A stretch of DNA of 61,302 nucleotides, taken from Planctomycetales bacterium (GTDB lineage: Bacteria; Planctomycetota; Planctomycetia; Pirellulales; Pirellulaceae). Every line of letters starts with the position of its first letter. Positions within the stretch are counted from its first letter, which is position 1. Below, piece after piece: positions 18,937 to 31,943 of this stretch. Location of the stretch: contig JAGQPS010000002.1 of NCBI GenBank assembly GCA_020426595.1, positions 1 through 61,302 of the forward strand. The letters run 5' to 3'. Below the pieces are notes generated by a model, which was not told the origin of the DNA, did not search any database, and was given only the letters and a program-made list of their open reading frames with translations. Position numbers and translations under genes: made by a program.

Positions 18937-20799
18937 ATGACTCCTCAGAACGATCCGCCGAGGCTTCGCATGTCCAGCGCTCCCACAGGCCGCACCGGTA
19001 AATCCGACGGTGCTTCATCCGACTCGCCGAAAAAGAGCTCCCCCAAGAAAGGCTCGAAGAAAGGGCGTCAGCCGCAACCGGCGGTGAAGATTGGCAAGCC
19101 TTTGCGAGAGCTGATCGACGCCGGCCGGAAGTCTCCGTTTCTCTGGGCACTCTCTGGCAACGAGGGGCAGGGGGCGTTGGTTTCGGACCTGGAATTGTGG
19201 CACTCGGGCGCCAGTCAGCGAAAGCTCGCCGAGGAAGCGATCGATCGGTTGGAACAATGGTTGGCGTCGACCATCGACGCTGGCTGCGATGAAGCGTTGC
19301 GGGCCCTGCAGTCCCTCGAGTTCCTACCTCAGCTGGCCAACCTGCGGTCCAAGCTCGAGATGCGATCCAAGACCGATACGACCGAATCCGAGATGCGGTT
19401 AATCGATTTGTCGCAGCGGATCATCGAACGGGCTGAGAATGTCGCGGCACTTTCGACCAGTAGCATGCCCGACGATATCCTGTGGCAGCTATTGACGACC
19501 GTGGAACTGCCCTTGGCCATCAGCGCGGTCGTGCGACGAGGGCGATCGTCGTTGGGACGATTCGACGGCATCCGCGAAGCGACTCACCGACTGCTGGATG
19601 ACTACTGTGACAACGATGGCCAACCTCGGGCGGGAGGCATCGATCAACTTCGTCCGCTCGTGGCATCGCTGGTCCGCAGCGCCCACTGGGCCCGCTCGCT
19701 GAAGATCAAGCTCCTGCAGCATGAGCTCCTCGGCCTATTCGATGGCTTGGTGGAACAGATGCTTCGTTTCACACGTCTGGATCGATCGGCCCTGGGCAAC
19801 GATCAGCGTGATTGGAGCTGGAGCAAACGATTGGTCGAGCGCGCCTTGGAACTCTGCTCGGACGACGAATTGCCGATGCTGTCGCATCTCGCCTGCCGAG
19901 TCGGTCGCAAGGAGACCCGCAATTATGTCGAATCGCTGCGGAGCGCCTCGTCGCACAGCGATTGGGCCAAGACGTCGATGCTGCGGAGTCGTTGGGAGGC
20001 GAAATCACCCAAGCTTCTCGTGACTCACGATCAAGGCCGCGTCCACTTGGAACTCGAGACCGTGCTGCCGATCCTCATGGGAGAGTGGCAGCTTTCGATC
20101 GACCGCAATGGCAAACCACTGCGCGGGGAAGGGGATTGGTCGGTCGTATGTTGGCACGAGGACGACTCCGTCGCCTACCTCGAATTGGAACGAACCTACG
20201 GCAAGGAGACTCGAGTCCAGCGGCAGATCTTGCTAGGCCGGGAAGATGAATTCGTCTATCTGAGCGATGTGATCCTCGGGACGGAGGAAGCGACCTGGGA
20301 TTATCGGGGCGAACTGCGACTCGCCGACGGCATGCATGTCATTCCCGAAGAGGAAACGCGCGAGCTTCGATTACGTGGACTCGGTCCCAAGAATGAGGAA
20401 CTGACCGCCGCGGCGATCGTTCCTCTAGCTCTGCCGGAATGGAAGCTGCCCCGCACCGATGGCAACTTGGAAAGCAGCTCGGACAAGATCGTTCACTACC
20501 AACACGCCGTCGGGGAGCGTCTCTATTTCCCACTCTTCCTCGACATTCGATCGTGGCGAGCGACGAGCCCGCTGACTTGGCGTCGCTTGACGGTCGCGGA
20601 ACACCTTTCGATCTGCGACCCGAACATCGCTCAGGCTTTCCGAGTGCAAGTCGGTTGGGAACAATGGGCGTTTTATCGCTCCCTCGCGGCTCCCAACAAT
20701 CGGACCTTCATGGGCGAGAATCTGATCTCGGAGTTCTTCGCCGGTCAATTCGATCAAGACGAAGGGATGAACGAGCTACTGCGCATCGAGGAAGAGTGA
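18937..20799 (+). CDS. Hypothetical protein; the C-terminal region is weakly reminiscent of a heparinase II/III-like beta-sandwich (unverified)
   Basis: 620-aa ORF with a Lys/Ser-rich N-terminus (SDSPKKSSPKKGSKKGRQ). I recognise no diagnostic catalytic motif. Confidence 0.55.
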   Translation: MTPQNDPPRLRMSSAPTGRTGKSDGASSDSPKKSSPKKGSKKGRQPQPAVKIGKPLRELIDAGRKSPFLWALSGNEGQGALVSDLELWHSGASQRKLAEEAIDRLEQWLASTIDAGCDEALRALQSLEFLPQLANLRSKLEMRSKTDTTESEMRLIDLSQRIIERAENVAALSTSSMPDDILWQLLTTVELPLAISAVVRRGRSSLGRFDGIREATHRLLDDYCDNDGQPRAGGIDQLRPLVASLVRSAHWARSLKIKLLQHELLGLFDGLVEQMLRFTRLDRSALGNDQRDWSWSKRLVERALELCSDDELPMLSHLACRVGRKETRNYVESLRSASSHSDWAKTSMLRSRWEAKSPKLLVTHDQGRVHLELETVLPILMGEWQLSIDRNGKPLRGEGDWSVVCWHEDDSVAYLELERTYGKETRVQRQILLGREDEFVYLSDVILGTEEATWDYRGELRLADGMHVIPEEETRELRLRGLGPKNEELTAAAIVPLALPEWKLPRTDGNLESSSDKIVHYQHAVGERLYFPLFLDIRSWRATSPLTWRRLTVAEHLSICDPNIAQAFRVQVGWEQWAFYRSLAAPNNRTFMGENLISEFFAGQFDQDEGMNELLRIEEE

Positions 20800-20902
20800 T
20801 GTCCCTCGAACCGTCGCGTGATTTCGTCCCCCGTGTGGTCCGAGAAGTGAATAGCGCGACATGGGAACCGCCACTCCTTATTTTCGTTCGTTGAGTCGTC
20901 TC

Positions 20903-23065
20903 ATGAAACCTGTCGATTCGTCGCGTGCTCGCGGCGTGCTGGTCATGGCCGTGGTCTCGTGGACCGTCCTAACGGGCGCGATTCTTCCAGCCCGAGCCCA
21001 GAATCCGGCCCCCGCCGATCCGCCCAAGCCAACGCGTCCCAACGTGCTCGTCATTCTGGCCGATGACTTGGGTTACTCGGACCTGGGATTCATGGGGAGC
21101 GAAATCGCGACGCCTCATTTGGATCGGCTCGCCAGCCGTGGCGTTCGCTTCACACAGTGCTACAACTCGGCGCGTTGTTGTCCGAGTCGCGCGTCGCTCA
21201 CCACGGGGCTGTATCCCCACCAAGCCGGAATCGGATCGTTCGCGACGAGCCGACCGAGTCCTGAAAAGGGGCCGGCCTATCTCGGGCACTTGAACGATCG
21301 TTGCGTCACGATGGCCGAGGTCCTGGGTGATGCCGGTTATCAGACCTTGATGGTTGGCAAATGGCATATGGAGGAGCCGGGCCCGATCGAGCGCGGTTTC
21401 GATGAGTTCTACGGGTTCGTACATGGCTATGAGCAGGACCAATGGGAGCCGCATCGCTACCAGCGATTGCCGGTGGGCCGGCCGCTTGAAATCCCTCTCG
21501 ACGACGACTTCTACGCGACCGATGCCTTCACGGAGTACGCGCTCGAGTTCCTCGATCAAGCACGATCGCGCCCTGACCAACCCTGGTTTCTCTATGTCGC
21601 TCACTCGGCGCCGCATTTCCCCGTTCAAGCGCCACGCGATAGTGTCGCCCCCTTGGTCGACACGTATCGTCAAGGTTGGGACCAGCTGCGACAAGCGCGC
21701 TGGGAACGGATGCGGGCCAGCGGACTCGCCGACGATACTTGGGCCTTGACCGATCGTTCCATCGTGCCGGTCGACGACCAACTCATCGCGAATGGCTTCT
21801 CCGGTCAACCCAATCCCGCGTGGGACGATGTCGAGCCGACTCGACGTGAGGATTTAGCGCACCGCATGGCGGTCTTCGCGGCAATGGTCCAACACGTCGA
21901 CACGGGCGTGGGTCGACTGCTCGCCGACCTTGAAGCGAATGGCGAACTCGACAACACCATCATCTTTTTCACGAGCGACAACGGCGCTTGCTACGAATGG
22001 GGTCCTTGGGGTTTTGACGGACCGAGTCGTCAGGGCGTCACGCTGCTGCACGAAGGCGACGCCTTGGAGGCGATGGGTGGCCCCGGCTCGTATCATGCCT
22101 ATGGAAGTGCCTGGGCCAACTTGGGTAACTCGCCTCTCAAGTCGTACAAGCACTTCACCTACGAAGGAGGCAATTGCTCGCCTTTGGTCGTGCATTGGCC
22201 GGCCGGTATTCAAGCTCCGGATCGCTGGTGTCGCCAGCCCGTTCATCTCTTTGATGTGCTGCCGACGATCTGCGACGTCACGGGAGCGGAGTATCCCGTC
22301 GAGCGCGCGGGACATGAGATTCAACCGCTCGAGGGACTCAGCCTAGCCAGTCTGCTGCGTGATCCTGAACGAGAACTTCCCGAGCGGCCGATCGCTTCGG
22401 AACACAACGGCGCACGTTCGCTAAGACAAGGTCGATGGAAAGTGGTGTGGTCGGTGCGGACGCCTTGGGAAGGCAAGTGGGAGCTGTACGACATCAGCGC
22501 CGATCGCTGTGAAACAACCGACCTAGCGGCCCGGCATCCCGAGGTCGTTTCGGAACTCGCGCGAACGTGGGTCGATTGGGCTCGCCGCGTTCAAGTCCAT
22601 CCGTTCCGAGAACAAGATGAACAAGCGGTCGACGATCTCCCCACGCCGCTCATCGCGAACCGCACGATTCACGCGTCATGCCGTGTGCGGCTAACGGACC
22701 GACGGAACGAGGGAGTCGTGTTGGCTCAAGGTGGAGACCAACTCGGTTACGCGATTCATATCGCCGATCAAAAGGTCGTGCTGACGGTGCGGGTACTGCG
22801 CGAGGCGACTCATATCACCGCCCCCTTGCCCGAGGCGAACGAATTTAAGGTCGAAGCCAAGTTGCTATCCGATGGCTCGTTGGAACTGTGGCTGGACGGC
22901 CAACGAGTCGCCGCGGGGCCGGGGCTTGGGCTGTTGCCGCGCGAGCCCCAGGATCGACTCTGCGTCGGACGCGACGATCAGTCATCGGTCGGTGACTACG
23001 ACGGTCCGTTCACGTTTTCGGGACGAGTCGAATCGGTCGAGGTCTCCACGCAATTGGTGGACTAG
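20903..23065 (+). CDS. Arylsulfatase with a C-terminal LamG-like extension
   Basis: Signal peptide, then PNVLVILADDLGYSDLG and the formylglycine motif CCPSRASLTTG. The ~220-aa C-terminal beta-rich domain is (...LELWLDGQRVAAG...). Confidence 0.9.
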   Translation: MKPVDSSRARGVLVMAVVSWTVLTGAILPARAQNPAPADPPKPTRPNVLVILADDLGYSDLGFMGSEIATPHLDRLASRGVRFTQCYNSARCCPSRASLTTGLYPHQAGIGSFATSRPSPEKGPAYLGHLNDRCVTMAEVLGDAGYQTLMVGKWHMEEPGPIERGFDEFYGFVHGYEQDQWEPHRYQRLPVGRPLEIPLDDDFYATDAFTEYALEFLDQARSRPDQPWFLYVAHSAPHFPVQAPRDSVAPLVDTYRQGWDQLRQARWERMRASGLADDTWALTDRSIVPVDDQLIANGFSGQPNPAWDDVEPTRREDLAHRMAVFAAMVQHVDTGVGRLLADLEANGELDNTIIFFTSDNGACYEWGPWGFDGPSRQGVTLLHEGDALEAMGGPGSYHAYGSAWANLGNSPLKSYKHFTYEGGNCSPLVVHWPAGIQAPDRWCRQPVHLFDVLPTICDVTGAEYPVERAGHEIQPLEGLSLASLLRDPERELPERPIASEHNGARSLRQGRWKVVWSVRTPWEGKWELYDISADRCETTDLAARHPEVVSELARTWVDWARRVQVHPFREQDEQAVDDLPTPLIANRTIHASCRVRLTDRRNEGVVLAQGGDQLGYAIHIADQKVVLTVRVLREATHITAPLPEANEFKVEAKLLSDGSLELWLDGQRVAAGPGLGLLPREPQDRLCVGRDDQSSVGDYDGPFTFSGRVESVEVSTQLVD

Positions 23066-23116
23066 CCGACGAACGCCAACGGTTCTTCCTCATCATCGCC
23101 TTATTAGCGAGCCCAA

Positions 23117-23839
23117 ATGTCCGCCGCGATCGTCGAACAATTCCGCGAGAACTTGGCGAACGTTGAAAGCCGAATCGCCGAGGCGTCCCGCGCCGCGGGT
23201 CGGCCAACGAATGATGTGCGGTTGATCGCCGTCTCGAAGTACGCCCCCGCGCCGATCGTGCAGTGCCTGGTCGATGCGGGAGCGACCGATCTTGGCGAAA
23301 GTCGCCCGCAAGCGTTATGGGATAAAGCGGAGGTGATTCGCGATGCGAGTGGACAATCGCCTCGGTGGCATTTGATCGGTCACCTACAACGCAATAAGGT
23401 CAAACGCACCTTACCTCTCGTGCACGCGATCCATTCGCTCGATAGCCGTCGTTTGCTCGATGAGATCGAGAAGGAAGCGGCGGAGACGCAACGGACGGTC
23501 CGCGGTTTTCTGGAAGTCAACGTCTCCCAAGACTCGAGCAAAACGGGACTTTCACCATCGGCGGCGATCGAACTGTTGGCATCACGCGAGACTTGGCCGC
23601 ACATGGAGTGGGTGGGCCTGATGGGGATGGCGAGCCTTGATGGCAACACCGCGGAAGCGAGACGGGAGTTCTCCCTCATTCGAGAGCTCCGCGACGATTT
23701 GTCGCACCGCTCGGGGCTCCCGCTTCCCGCGTTGTCGATGGGCATGAGCGGCGACTTCGAGGCCGCGATCGCCGAGGGAGCGACGCACGTCCGTATCGGT
23801 TCAAGCTTGTTCGCTGGTATCGACACGCGCCTTCCATGA
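23117..23839 (+). CDS. yggS: YggS-family pyridoxal-phosphate homeostasis protein
   Basis: Motifs VRLIAVSKYAP, WHLIGHLQRNKVK, LSMGMSGDFEAAIAEGATHVRIGS. Confidence 0.9.
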   Translation: MSAAIVEQFRENLANVESRIAEASRAAGRPTNDVRLIAVSKYAPAPIVQCLVDAGATDLGESRPQALWDKAEVIRDASGQSPRWHLIGHLQRNKVKRTLPLVHAIHSLDSRRLLDEIEKEAAETQRTVRGFLEVNVSQDSSKTGLSPSAAIELLASRETWPHMEWVGLMGMASLDGNTAEARREFSLIRELRDDLSHRSGLPLPALSMGMSGDFEAAIAEGATHVRIGSSLFAGIDTRLP

Positions 23840-24189
23840 GGTTTCCACCAGTGGCTCAGTCTTCCTATCGGCAACCGATGCCGGACGACGAGTTCGCGAG
23901 TTGGCAAGTCCGTGAAACCGCCGACGGTGTCGTTGTCGCGGTGAAGGGAATGCCTGGATCGCGCAAGCCAGGTTTGCGTGGGATTCAGGCTGGTTCGCTG
24001 CGAGTCGGCGTGACTCAGGTCGCCGAGAAGGGGCGTGCCAACGAGGCGATACTCGAGGTGCTCGCCAAGGCGTTGGGGATTCGTTCGAGTCGCTTGGAGT
24101 TGGTCGCCGGCCAGACCAGTCGCGAGAAGCAAGTTTTGATTCGCGACATGAATCTCGCCGAACTGACCGTCTTGATCCAGCAGTCCTAG
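23836..24189 (+). CDS. DUF167 (YggU-like) protein
   Basis: The start overlaps the yggS stop by 4 bp (ATGA). The sequence VAVKGMPGSRKPGLRGIQAGSLRVGVTQVAEKGRANEAILEVLAKALG is typical of DUF167. Confidence 0.8.
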   Translation: MRFPPVAQSSYRQPMPDDEFASWQVRETADGVVVAVKGMPGSRKPGLRGIQAGSLRVGVTQVAEKGRANEAILEVLAKALGIRSSRLELVAGQTSREKQVLIRDMNLAELTVLIQQS

Positions 24190-24613
24190 GGGTGCGCCGA
24201 ATCGCCGAAACGACGCTCGACAGTCGTTAGTCTTCAATGGCGAAGTAGGCGACCTTGCGGCCCGCTATTGTCTCGCATCGCCCCCGGCGTGTCGGTAAAA
24301 TGGAGGGAACGAAGTCGATCTGCCCGGTGGGTGGGAAGGAAACTTCCTACCTAGCCTGGGATGCGGCTTCGGGTCGACAAACGTTGGCCATGTTTGGAAC
24401 GGAGCAGTAAGTGCCTAGCGAGCGGCGACGCCGGTTGTCGCGAGGGCGCTCCCACCCGCTGCTCCCCACCCACTCGCGATTTCGCCGACTCGTTCGGTCG
24501 ACATGCGCGATTTGCTTCCCGTACGATGCCACCGACGTTCGTTGGATCAGAGCCCTCGGTTACTGATGCGCGAGTCGGACATTTCGCTAATCCTTGATTC
24601 AAGGATGCTCGCC

Positions 24614-27600
24614 ATGAACCACTTGTTCCATGTTGACTCGGTCCATCCTTCCTCCGAGCTCGGTGTCGGCCCGAGTCACAAGCCGCGCCCGCGCGGTCTG
24701 ATGATTCTCGTCGCGGTGATGGCGGCATGCGGGATGTCATCGACAGCCCGCGTGATGTCCCAGGAACCAACCGTCGACTTCGCGACGGAAGTTCGGCCGA
24801 TCTTCTCGGACCACTGTTTCGCATGCCACGGCCCGGCCGACGCCGATCGTGAAGGCGGATTCCGGCTCGACGTTAGGGAATCGGGCATGGGTGTGGGTGA
24901 TTCGGGTGTGCCACTGATCGTGCCAGGCAAGCCCGAGCAAAGTTTGGTGTTTGAACGAATCATCAGTGACGACGAATCGGAGCGGATGCCGCCGGTCGGT
25001 CACAACAAGGATCTGTCGGCCGAACAAATCGAGACCATCCAGCGGTGGATCGAGCAGGGCGCGAGTTGGAGTGAACACTGGGCTTTCGTGCCGCCGACTC
25101 GTCCCGAGATTCCCAACGTCGATCCGGCCAATTGGGCTCGTGATGACATCGATCGTTTGGTGCTCGCTCGCATGGCGACGGTTGGGCTAGCGCCGAGCGA
25201 ACCCGCGACTCGCATCGATTGGCTCCGCCGCGTGACGTTCGATCTCACCGGCTTGCCACCAACCCTCGAGGAAGTCCATGCGTTTCTCGAGGACGACTCC
25301 AACGAAGCCTACGAACGGGTAGTGGATCGTCTATTGGCCTCGGAGAATTACGGCGAGCACATGGCGAGGTTTTGGCTGGACGCCGCGCGGTACGGCGACA
25401 CCCATGGTCTGCACCTCGACAACTATCGCGAGATGTGGCTGTATCGCGATTGGGTCGTCCAGGCATTCAACCGCAACTTGCCTTACGACCAGTTCACGAT
25501 CGAACAGTTGGCGGGCGACTTGCTCCCCGATCCAACCGAGGACCAACTGATCGCCACCGGCTTCAACCGCTGCCACGTGACGACAAGCGAAGGTGGCTCG
25601 ATCGTCGAGGAAGTTCAGATGCGCAATGTGGTCGATCGCGTGGTGACCACCAGCACCGTGTTCATGGGCCTCACGTTTGATTGCACGCGATGCCACGATC
25701 ACAAGTTCGATCCGCTGACGATGCGCGACTTCTATTCGATGTATGCCTTCTTCAACAACATCGATGGCAGCCCGCTCGACGGAAACGCCAAGGATCCCGC
25801 GCCGGTACTGAAGGTGCTCACCGGCGAACAACGAGAGCGAATCGCCCAGCTCGACGCGCAAGAGCAACAGATCCTAGCGCGAATTGGCGAGCGGCTCGCC
25901 GCGATTGACTACGTGGAACCCGACCGAGCTTCCGAGCCGCGGGCGCCCGAGCCACGCGAGTTCGTGTGGATCGAGGACAGCCTTCCCGCCGGTGTCGCTC
26001 GGCAAGATGGCTGGAACTTCGTGGGGGCACCCAACCCGGTTTTCTCGGGCGAGAAGGTAACGACTCGCACCGCCCAAGGGTTGAGCCAACACTACTTCGA
26101 AGGATGCTCCTCGCCGCTTCGAGTTGGCGAGGGCGATACCTTGTTCGCCTACGTTTACCTCGATCCCAACAATCCTCCCAAGGAGATCATGCTCCAGTGG
26201 AACGACGGTAGTTGGAACCATCGAGCGTATTGGGGAGAGAACAATATCGATTGGGGCGACGAGGGTTCGCCGAGCCGGCTGCGCAAGGGCGACTTGCCCG
26301 CGACCGGTGAATGGGTGCGACTCGAGGTGACCGCCGCCGAAGTCGGCCTCGCGCCGGGAGCGATGATCAACGGCTGGGCCTTCACTCAATTCGATGGCAC
26401 GACCTTCTGGGACAAGGGAGGCATCGTGAGCACGCGCGATCAGGCTCCGACCTACGACTCGTTCGAGGCATGGCTCGCCGATCAACGCGCGGCGGGTGGA
26501 GTCGGCGTGCCGGAGCCGTTGAAGGGGGCGGCGACCGCGGCCCCCGAGGCTTTGACGGCCGAGCAACGCGCCGCGTTGCTCAATCATTTCCTCGAGTTCG
26601 TCTTCGTGGGAACACGCGACGAATTCAACGCCGCGCATGACGAATTGGCGACGGTGCGCAAGTCCCGCGACGATCTCCGGGCCGCCGCTCCCACCACGCT
26701 GGTCTTCCGCGAACGAGCGGAGCTGAATCCCGCCTACATGCTCAAGCGGGGCGAATACGATCAGCGCGGTGAGCAAGTCGAACGAGCGACTCCGCGAGCC
26801 TTGCCCCCCATGCCCGAGGGCGCGCCGCTCAATCGCCTTGGCTTCGCTCAGTGGCTACTTGATCCGAGCCACCCACTGACGGCGCGCGTGGCGGTCAATC
26901 GCCTCTGGCAGCAGGTGTTTGGAACGGGGATCGTGAAGACGAGCGAGGACTTCGGCTCACAAGGCGCTCCACCGACTCATCCGCTCTTGCTCGACTATCT
27001 GGCGGTGGAGTTCCGCGAAAGCGGCTGGGACGTCAAGGCGATGATGCGTCGGCTCGTGCTCTCCTCGACCTATCGACAAACATCCCGGGCCTCGAGCGAC
27101 TTGCAGCAACGCGATCCGGGCAATCGATTCCTGGCTCGTGGCCCTCGCTTCCGTTTGGATGCCGAGATGCTCCGTGATCAGGCGCTCGCCGTATCGGGAT
27201 TGCTCGTCGATCGACTCGGAGGTCCTGGCGTGAAGCCGCCTCAACCCGACCTCTGGATCTACGTCGGTTACAGCAGCAGCAACACCGTGCGGTTCGTGGC
27301 CGATACGACTCCGGACAAGACGCACCGGCGAACGATCTACACCTTCTTCAAGCGAACGGCTCCTCCACCGCAGATGAGTACCTTTGATGCGCCGAGCCGC
27401 GAGGCTTGCACGGTGCGGCGGGAACGAACCAACACGCCGTTGCAAGCGCTGTTGCTGTTGAACGACCCGCAGTATTTCGAAGCCGCTCGTGCTCTCGCGG
27501 GGCGCGTGCTGCGAGAAGCGGGGGGCAGCCCCGAGGAACGAGCCGCCTACATGTTTGAGTTGGCGACTTGCCGCCCGCCCAACGATTTGGAGCGAGACGA

Positions 27601-27781
27601 ACTCGTGGGCTTGTGGCTCGATCAACAGTCCCACTTCCAAGCTCAATCGGCCGAGGCGGCGCAAGTGGCCGGCGCGATGGACGATGTGTTGGTGATCGAA
27701 ACCAACGCCGCCGACGTGGCGGCTTGGACGGTCGTCGCCAACCTTGTGCTCAACCTCGACGAAGTGATCACGAAGAACTAA
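24614..27781 (+). CDS. PSCyt1/DUF1549(PSCyt2)/DUF1553(PSD1) domain protein (planctomycete cytochrome c-like)
   Basis: [27 protein letters not shown] is the PSCyt1 CxxCH motif. The ~1050-aa length and the DUF1501 partner immediately downstream fit. The start is uncertain (ATGs at 24503, 24605, 24614). Confidence 0.9.
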   Translation: MNHLFHVDSVHPSSELGVGPSHKPRPRGLMILVAVMAACGMSSTARVMSQEPTVDFATEVRPIFSDHCFACHGPADADREGGFRLDVRESGMGVGDSGVPLIVPGKPEQSLVFERIISDDESERMPPVGHNKDLSAEQIETIQRWIEQGASWSEHWAFVPPTRPEIPNVDPANWARDDIDRLVLARMATVGLAPSEPATRIDWLRRVTFDLTGLPPTLEEVHAFLEDDSNEAYERVVDRLLASENYGEHMARFWLDAARYGDTHGLHLDNYREMWLYRDWVVQAFNRNLPYDQFTIEQLAGDLLPDPTEDQLIATGFNRCHVTTSEGGSIVEEVQMRNVVDRVVTTSTVFMGLTFDCTRCHDHKFDPLTMRDFYSMYAFFNNIDGSPLDGNAKDPAPVLKVLTGEQRERIAQLDAQEQQILARIGERLAAIDYVEPDRASEPRAPEPREFVWIEDSLPAGVARQDGWNFVGAPNPVFSGEKVTTRTAQGLSQHYFEGCSSPLRVGEGDTLFAYVYLDPNNPPKEIMLQWNDGSWNHRAYWGENNIDWGDEGSPSRLRKGDLPATGEWVRLEVTAAEVGLAPGAMINGWAFTQFDGTTFWDKGGIVSTRDQAPTYDSFEAWLADQRAAGGVGVPEPLKGAATAAPEALTAEQRAALLNHFLEFVFVGTRDEFNAAHDELATVRKSRDDLRAAAPTTLVFRERAELNPAYMLKRGEYDQRGEQVERATPRALPPMPEGAPLNRLGFAQWLLDPSHPLTARVAVNRLWQQVFGTGIVKTSEDFGSQGAPPTHPLLLDYLAVEFRESGWDVKAMMRRLVLSSTYRQTSRASSDLQQRDPGNRFLARGPRFRLDAEMLRDQALAVSGLLVDRLGGPGVKPPQPDLWIYVGYSSSNTVRFVADTTPDKTHRRTIYTFFKRTAPPPQMSTFDAPSREACTVRRERTNTPLQALLLLNDPQYFEAARALAGRVLREAGGSPEERAAYMFELATCRPPNDLERDELVGLWLDQQSHFQAQSAEAAQVAGAMDDVLVIETNAADVAAWTVVANLVLNLDEVITKN

Positions 27782-27863
27782 GTCGGGAACCACGAATTGT
27801 CATCGTGTTTGGCCAGCCGAGATCCGACTGGCTTATCCGATCACGAATAAAGGAGAGGACATC

Positions 27864-29348
<1,485 letters not shown>

Positions 29349-29470
29349 CCGCAAGGGTTGAGCGAACTTCGCGATTGGCCGCCGCGAACGCAGGTATCGT
29401 GGCGGCGCCCGTTCGTCATTCGCCCGCCCGTCGCCCATGGTTGACCGTTCCATTCCCGAGGCAATCTCCA

Positions 29471-30256
29471 GTGATTTCTCTCCGTGGCCGAACAGCGCTG
29501 GTGACCGGTTCGAGCCATGGTGTCGGCGCGGCGATCGCCGAGTACCTCGCCAAGTCCGGAGCGAACGTCGTCGTTCACGGTCTCGATCCGACGCAAGTGG
29601 AAGCCGAGCGAGCCAAGTGCGCGGCGCAGGGAGTCTCGGCGTTCGGCGTCACCGGTGACCTCATCGAGAATCAACCGGCGGGCGTGGCGGCCGTCGTGGA
29701 GTCGGCGTTTGAGCAGGCTGGCGGTATCGATCTGCTCGTCGCCAATGCCGGCACCTACATCGACACTCCCTTCCTCGAGATGTCGTACGAGTTGCTCGAC
29801 CGCACGATGAAGCTCAACGTCTACAGTTACTTCTTGACCGTGCAGGAAGTCGCGCGGCGTTGGGTCGCGTCGGGAACCGAGGGGCGAGTCGTCCTGGTGG
29901 GCTCGATCAATGGTCGGCTTTCCGAGGACGTGCACGTCGCCTACGACGCGAGCAAGGGAGCGGTCGATGCGATGGTTCGGTCGCTGGCCGTCTCGCTCGC
30001 TCGTCGCAAGATCCGCGTCAACGGAATGGCACCCGGACTTGTCGAGACTCCGCTCACCGCTCCCGCGTTCGCCGATCCGAGGTTTCGCGCGTGGATGGAA
30101 CTGCACACTCCCAATGGACTCGTGCCGGGTCCCGAGGCATGTGCCTCGACCGTGGCGTTCCTACTGTCCGATGATGCGTGGCATGTTCATGGGCAGATGT
30201 TGCTCGTGGACGGCGGCATGAGCATCTGGCAGCAACCCGACTTGCCGGCGGAATAA
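29471..30256 (+). CDS. SDR-family oxidoreductase (FabG-like)
   Basis: LRGRTALVTGSSHGVGAAIA is the TGxxxGxG motif, and YDASKGAV is the YxxxK motif. The GTG at 29471 is preferred; the ORF is open from 29375. Confidence 0.85.
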   Translation: MISLRGRTALVTGSSHGVGAAIAEYLAKSGANVVVHGLDPTQVEAERAKCAAQGVSAFGVTGDLIENQPAGVAAVVESAFEQAGGIDLLVANAGTYIDTPFLEMSYELLDRTMKLNVYSYFLTVQEVARRWVASGTEGRVVLVGSINGRLSEDVHVAYDASKGAVDAMVRSLAVSLARRKIRVNGMAPGLVETPLTAPAFADPRFRAWMELHTPNGLVPGPEACASTVAFLLSDDAWHVHGQMLLVDGGMSIWQQPDLPAE

Positions 30257-30386
30257 TCAACCGCGCCGAGGTGGCTCCGGCGTGCTTGCTTGGGTCAAGA
30301 ACCAGCAAGAGCCCACCTCTCGGCGAGAGATGGGCTCCGTGGGTTAAGGAACCAAGGCATGGGGCACTGCTCCGTGACGACTACCT

Positions 30387-30950
30387 TTAGACCGCCACGA
30401 GCGGCTCGACTTCCTTGGCCAGTCGCTTACGAGCGACGTGCAGCCGACGCTTGATCGTTCCGACCGGAGCGTCGAACTCATCGCTCATCTCGATCAGGCT
30501 CTGACCGCGAACATAGAACGCCTCCAGCGTCTCTCGGTCCAGGTCGCCGAGGCGATCCAAACCAGCTCGCAGGTGCACTCCATCCTCGCGTCGAATCGCG
30601 TCCGCCACCGGGCAGCGCTCGTCCTGACACGTTGCCTCCAACGTCTCCGGCTCGGCCGCCACCTCGGGAGCTCGCCGCGTTCCACGGTTGATCGCCGTAC
30701 GATGCGCGATCGTGCGCAACCAACCCGCGAAGGCCTCCGGCTCACGCAGCTGGCCCAACTTCTCCATGACTTGCACGAAGACGTCCTGCACCAACTCCTG
30801 AGCCTCGTGGTCGTTACGCAGTCGAGCTCGAGCGATCAAGAAGATGTGACGCTCGAACCGCGTGAACAACTCACCCAAAGCCTCTCGGTCGCCAGCCTGA
30901 GCTCGACGAACCAACGCCAACACAATCAGTTTGTCATCCTGGAAAGTCAT
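30387..30950 (-). CDS. ECF-type RNA polymerase sigma-70 family factor
   Basis: Region 2 is ALGELFTRFERHIFLIARARLRNDHEAQELVQDVFVQV. Region 4 is LDRETLEAFYVRGQSLIEMSDEFDAPVGTIKRRLHVARKRL. I recognise no anti-sigma gene next to it. Confidence 0.9.
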   Translation of the reverse strand: MTFQDDKLIVLALVRRAQAGDREALGELFTRFERHIFLIARARLRNDHEAQELVQDVFVQVMEKLGQLREPEAFAGWLRTIAHRTAINRGTRRAPEVAAEPETLEATCQDERCPVADAIRREDGVHLRAGLDRLGDLDRETLEAFYVRGQSLIEMSDEFDAPVGTIKRRLHVARKRLAKEVEPLVAV

Positions 30951-31429
30951 AATCCTATCTCTCACGAAATCTCGAGTCCTTTGCTCGAGTTACTGATTTC
31001 CATCACGCGGAACGCCAGTGCGCGACTGCGGACTTTCGTCGCCGCGACACGTAGGCGGGCTAGTGGAAACGCGGCTCTCGTGAACCGATCGTGTTTGATC
31101 ACGTGCCAAGGAGCGCGTGATCAAAACGGGGTTGACGAAAGCGATTCGACGGCGGGTGAACCGAGATAGGAGAGCGTCCATCGCGTTGGCCGACGAAGGT
31201 CGACGAAACGAAACGGAGATCCCACTCGGAGCAGGGTGAGTAACGGCCGGGATCGAGGTGAGGGAGAGAGGGTGGTTCGTGAACGCAATCGCTCACGACC
31301 AACTCCGTCTTTCCGATCGATCTCTGTCCCGACGAGTCGTGTTCATCCAATCGCCGTGCTCAGCCCATAGCCGAGCCCAGCGACAACACCGCGACGTCGA
31401 GCGTTTGAATTAGGAGGAGCCGAATTCGC

Positions 31430-31774
31430 TTAGCGAACGGCTATGCCTAATCCACATAAGCCCGAGCCAAACGAGCCCAAACACAACCGACCGAACCCGC
31501 CGCCTAGCGGTGGATTCAGGCCGGCAAGTCGTTTGGACTTGCCCCAGCCTCCTGGGAATGGCTTGGATGCGGGAACCTTGGAGCCTTCGGTCACGGGACA
31601 ATGTGTCTCGTGACTGAGCGTCGTATGACGCCGGCGCCTCGGTTCCCATCCGCGTTGATAGAGGCGGCCACGGAGTTGCTGAGCGATGCTCAGATCACCC
31701 GCGGCAACCATGTCCGAAGCCTTCGCTACCGAGGCAACCATGGAATTGGCGATTGCGATCATCGAATTCATCAC
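31430..31774 (-). CDS. Hypothetical small protein with a Gly/Cys-rich tail
   Basis: A strong Shine-Dalgarno site lies upstream (caggaggttgagtgATG on the minus strand). The 114-aa product ends in GGGFGRLCLGSFGSGLCGLGIAVR. I recognise no homology. Confidence 0.35.
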   Translation of the reverse strand: MMNSMIAIANSMVASVAKASDMVAAGDLSIAQQLRGRLYQRGWEPRRRRHTTLSHETHCPVTEGSKVPASKPFPGGWGKSKRLAGLNPPLGGGFGRLCLGSFGSGLCGLGIAVR

Positions 31775-31891
31775 TCAACCTCCTGTGCTAACCGCACATC
31801 TGGAGAGATACAGAAAGACGTCTTCAAACCTTGATGCACCGAGCTCCGTCTTCAAGCCCGGTAGGTATATAGTGTCGGCCCCGCTGCCATT

Positions 31892-31943
31892 CGCGGCGGG
31901 GCCGCATTGTTTTGGTCCGCGGCGGGGCCGCATTGTTCTGGTC
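31892..31943. repeat. Tandem 26-bp direct repeat (2 copies, 1 mismatch) overlapping a GC-rich hairpin
   Basis: cgcggcggggccgcattgttttggtc at 31892..31917 is followed by cgcggcggggccgcattgttctggtc at 31918..31943. The upstream arm cggccccgc (31876..31884) can pair with gcggggccg in either copy. Confidence 0.85.

Noticed and set aside
23380-24237. 285-aa ORF on the minus strand
   Set aside because: It is antisense to the well-supported yggS and DUF167 genes and has no recognisable motifs.
30309-30337. Imperfect hairpin gagcccacctctc-ggc-gagagatgggctc between the SDR and sigma genes as a bidirectional terminator (also the weak hairpin at 46088..46106)
   Set aside because: The stems have a mismatch or are short, and neither is followed by a T-run. 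The evidence is too weak to call.
30438-31169. 243-aa plus-strand ORF
   Set aside because: It is antisense to the ECF sigma gene, which has clear region 2 and region 4 motifs.
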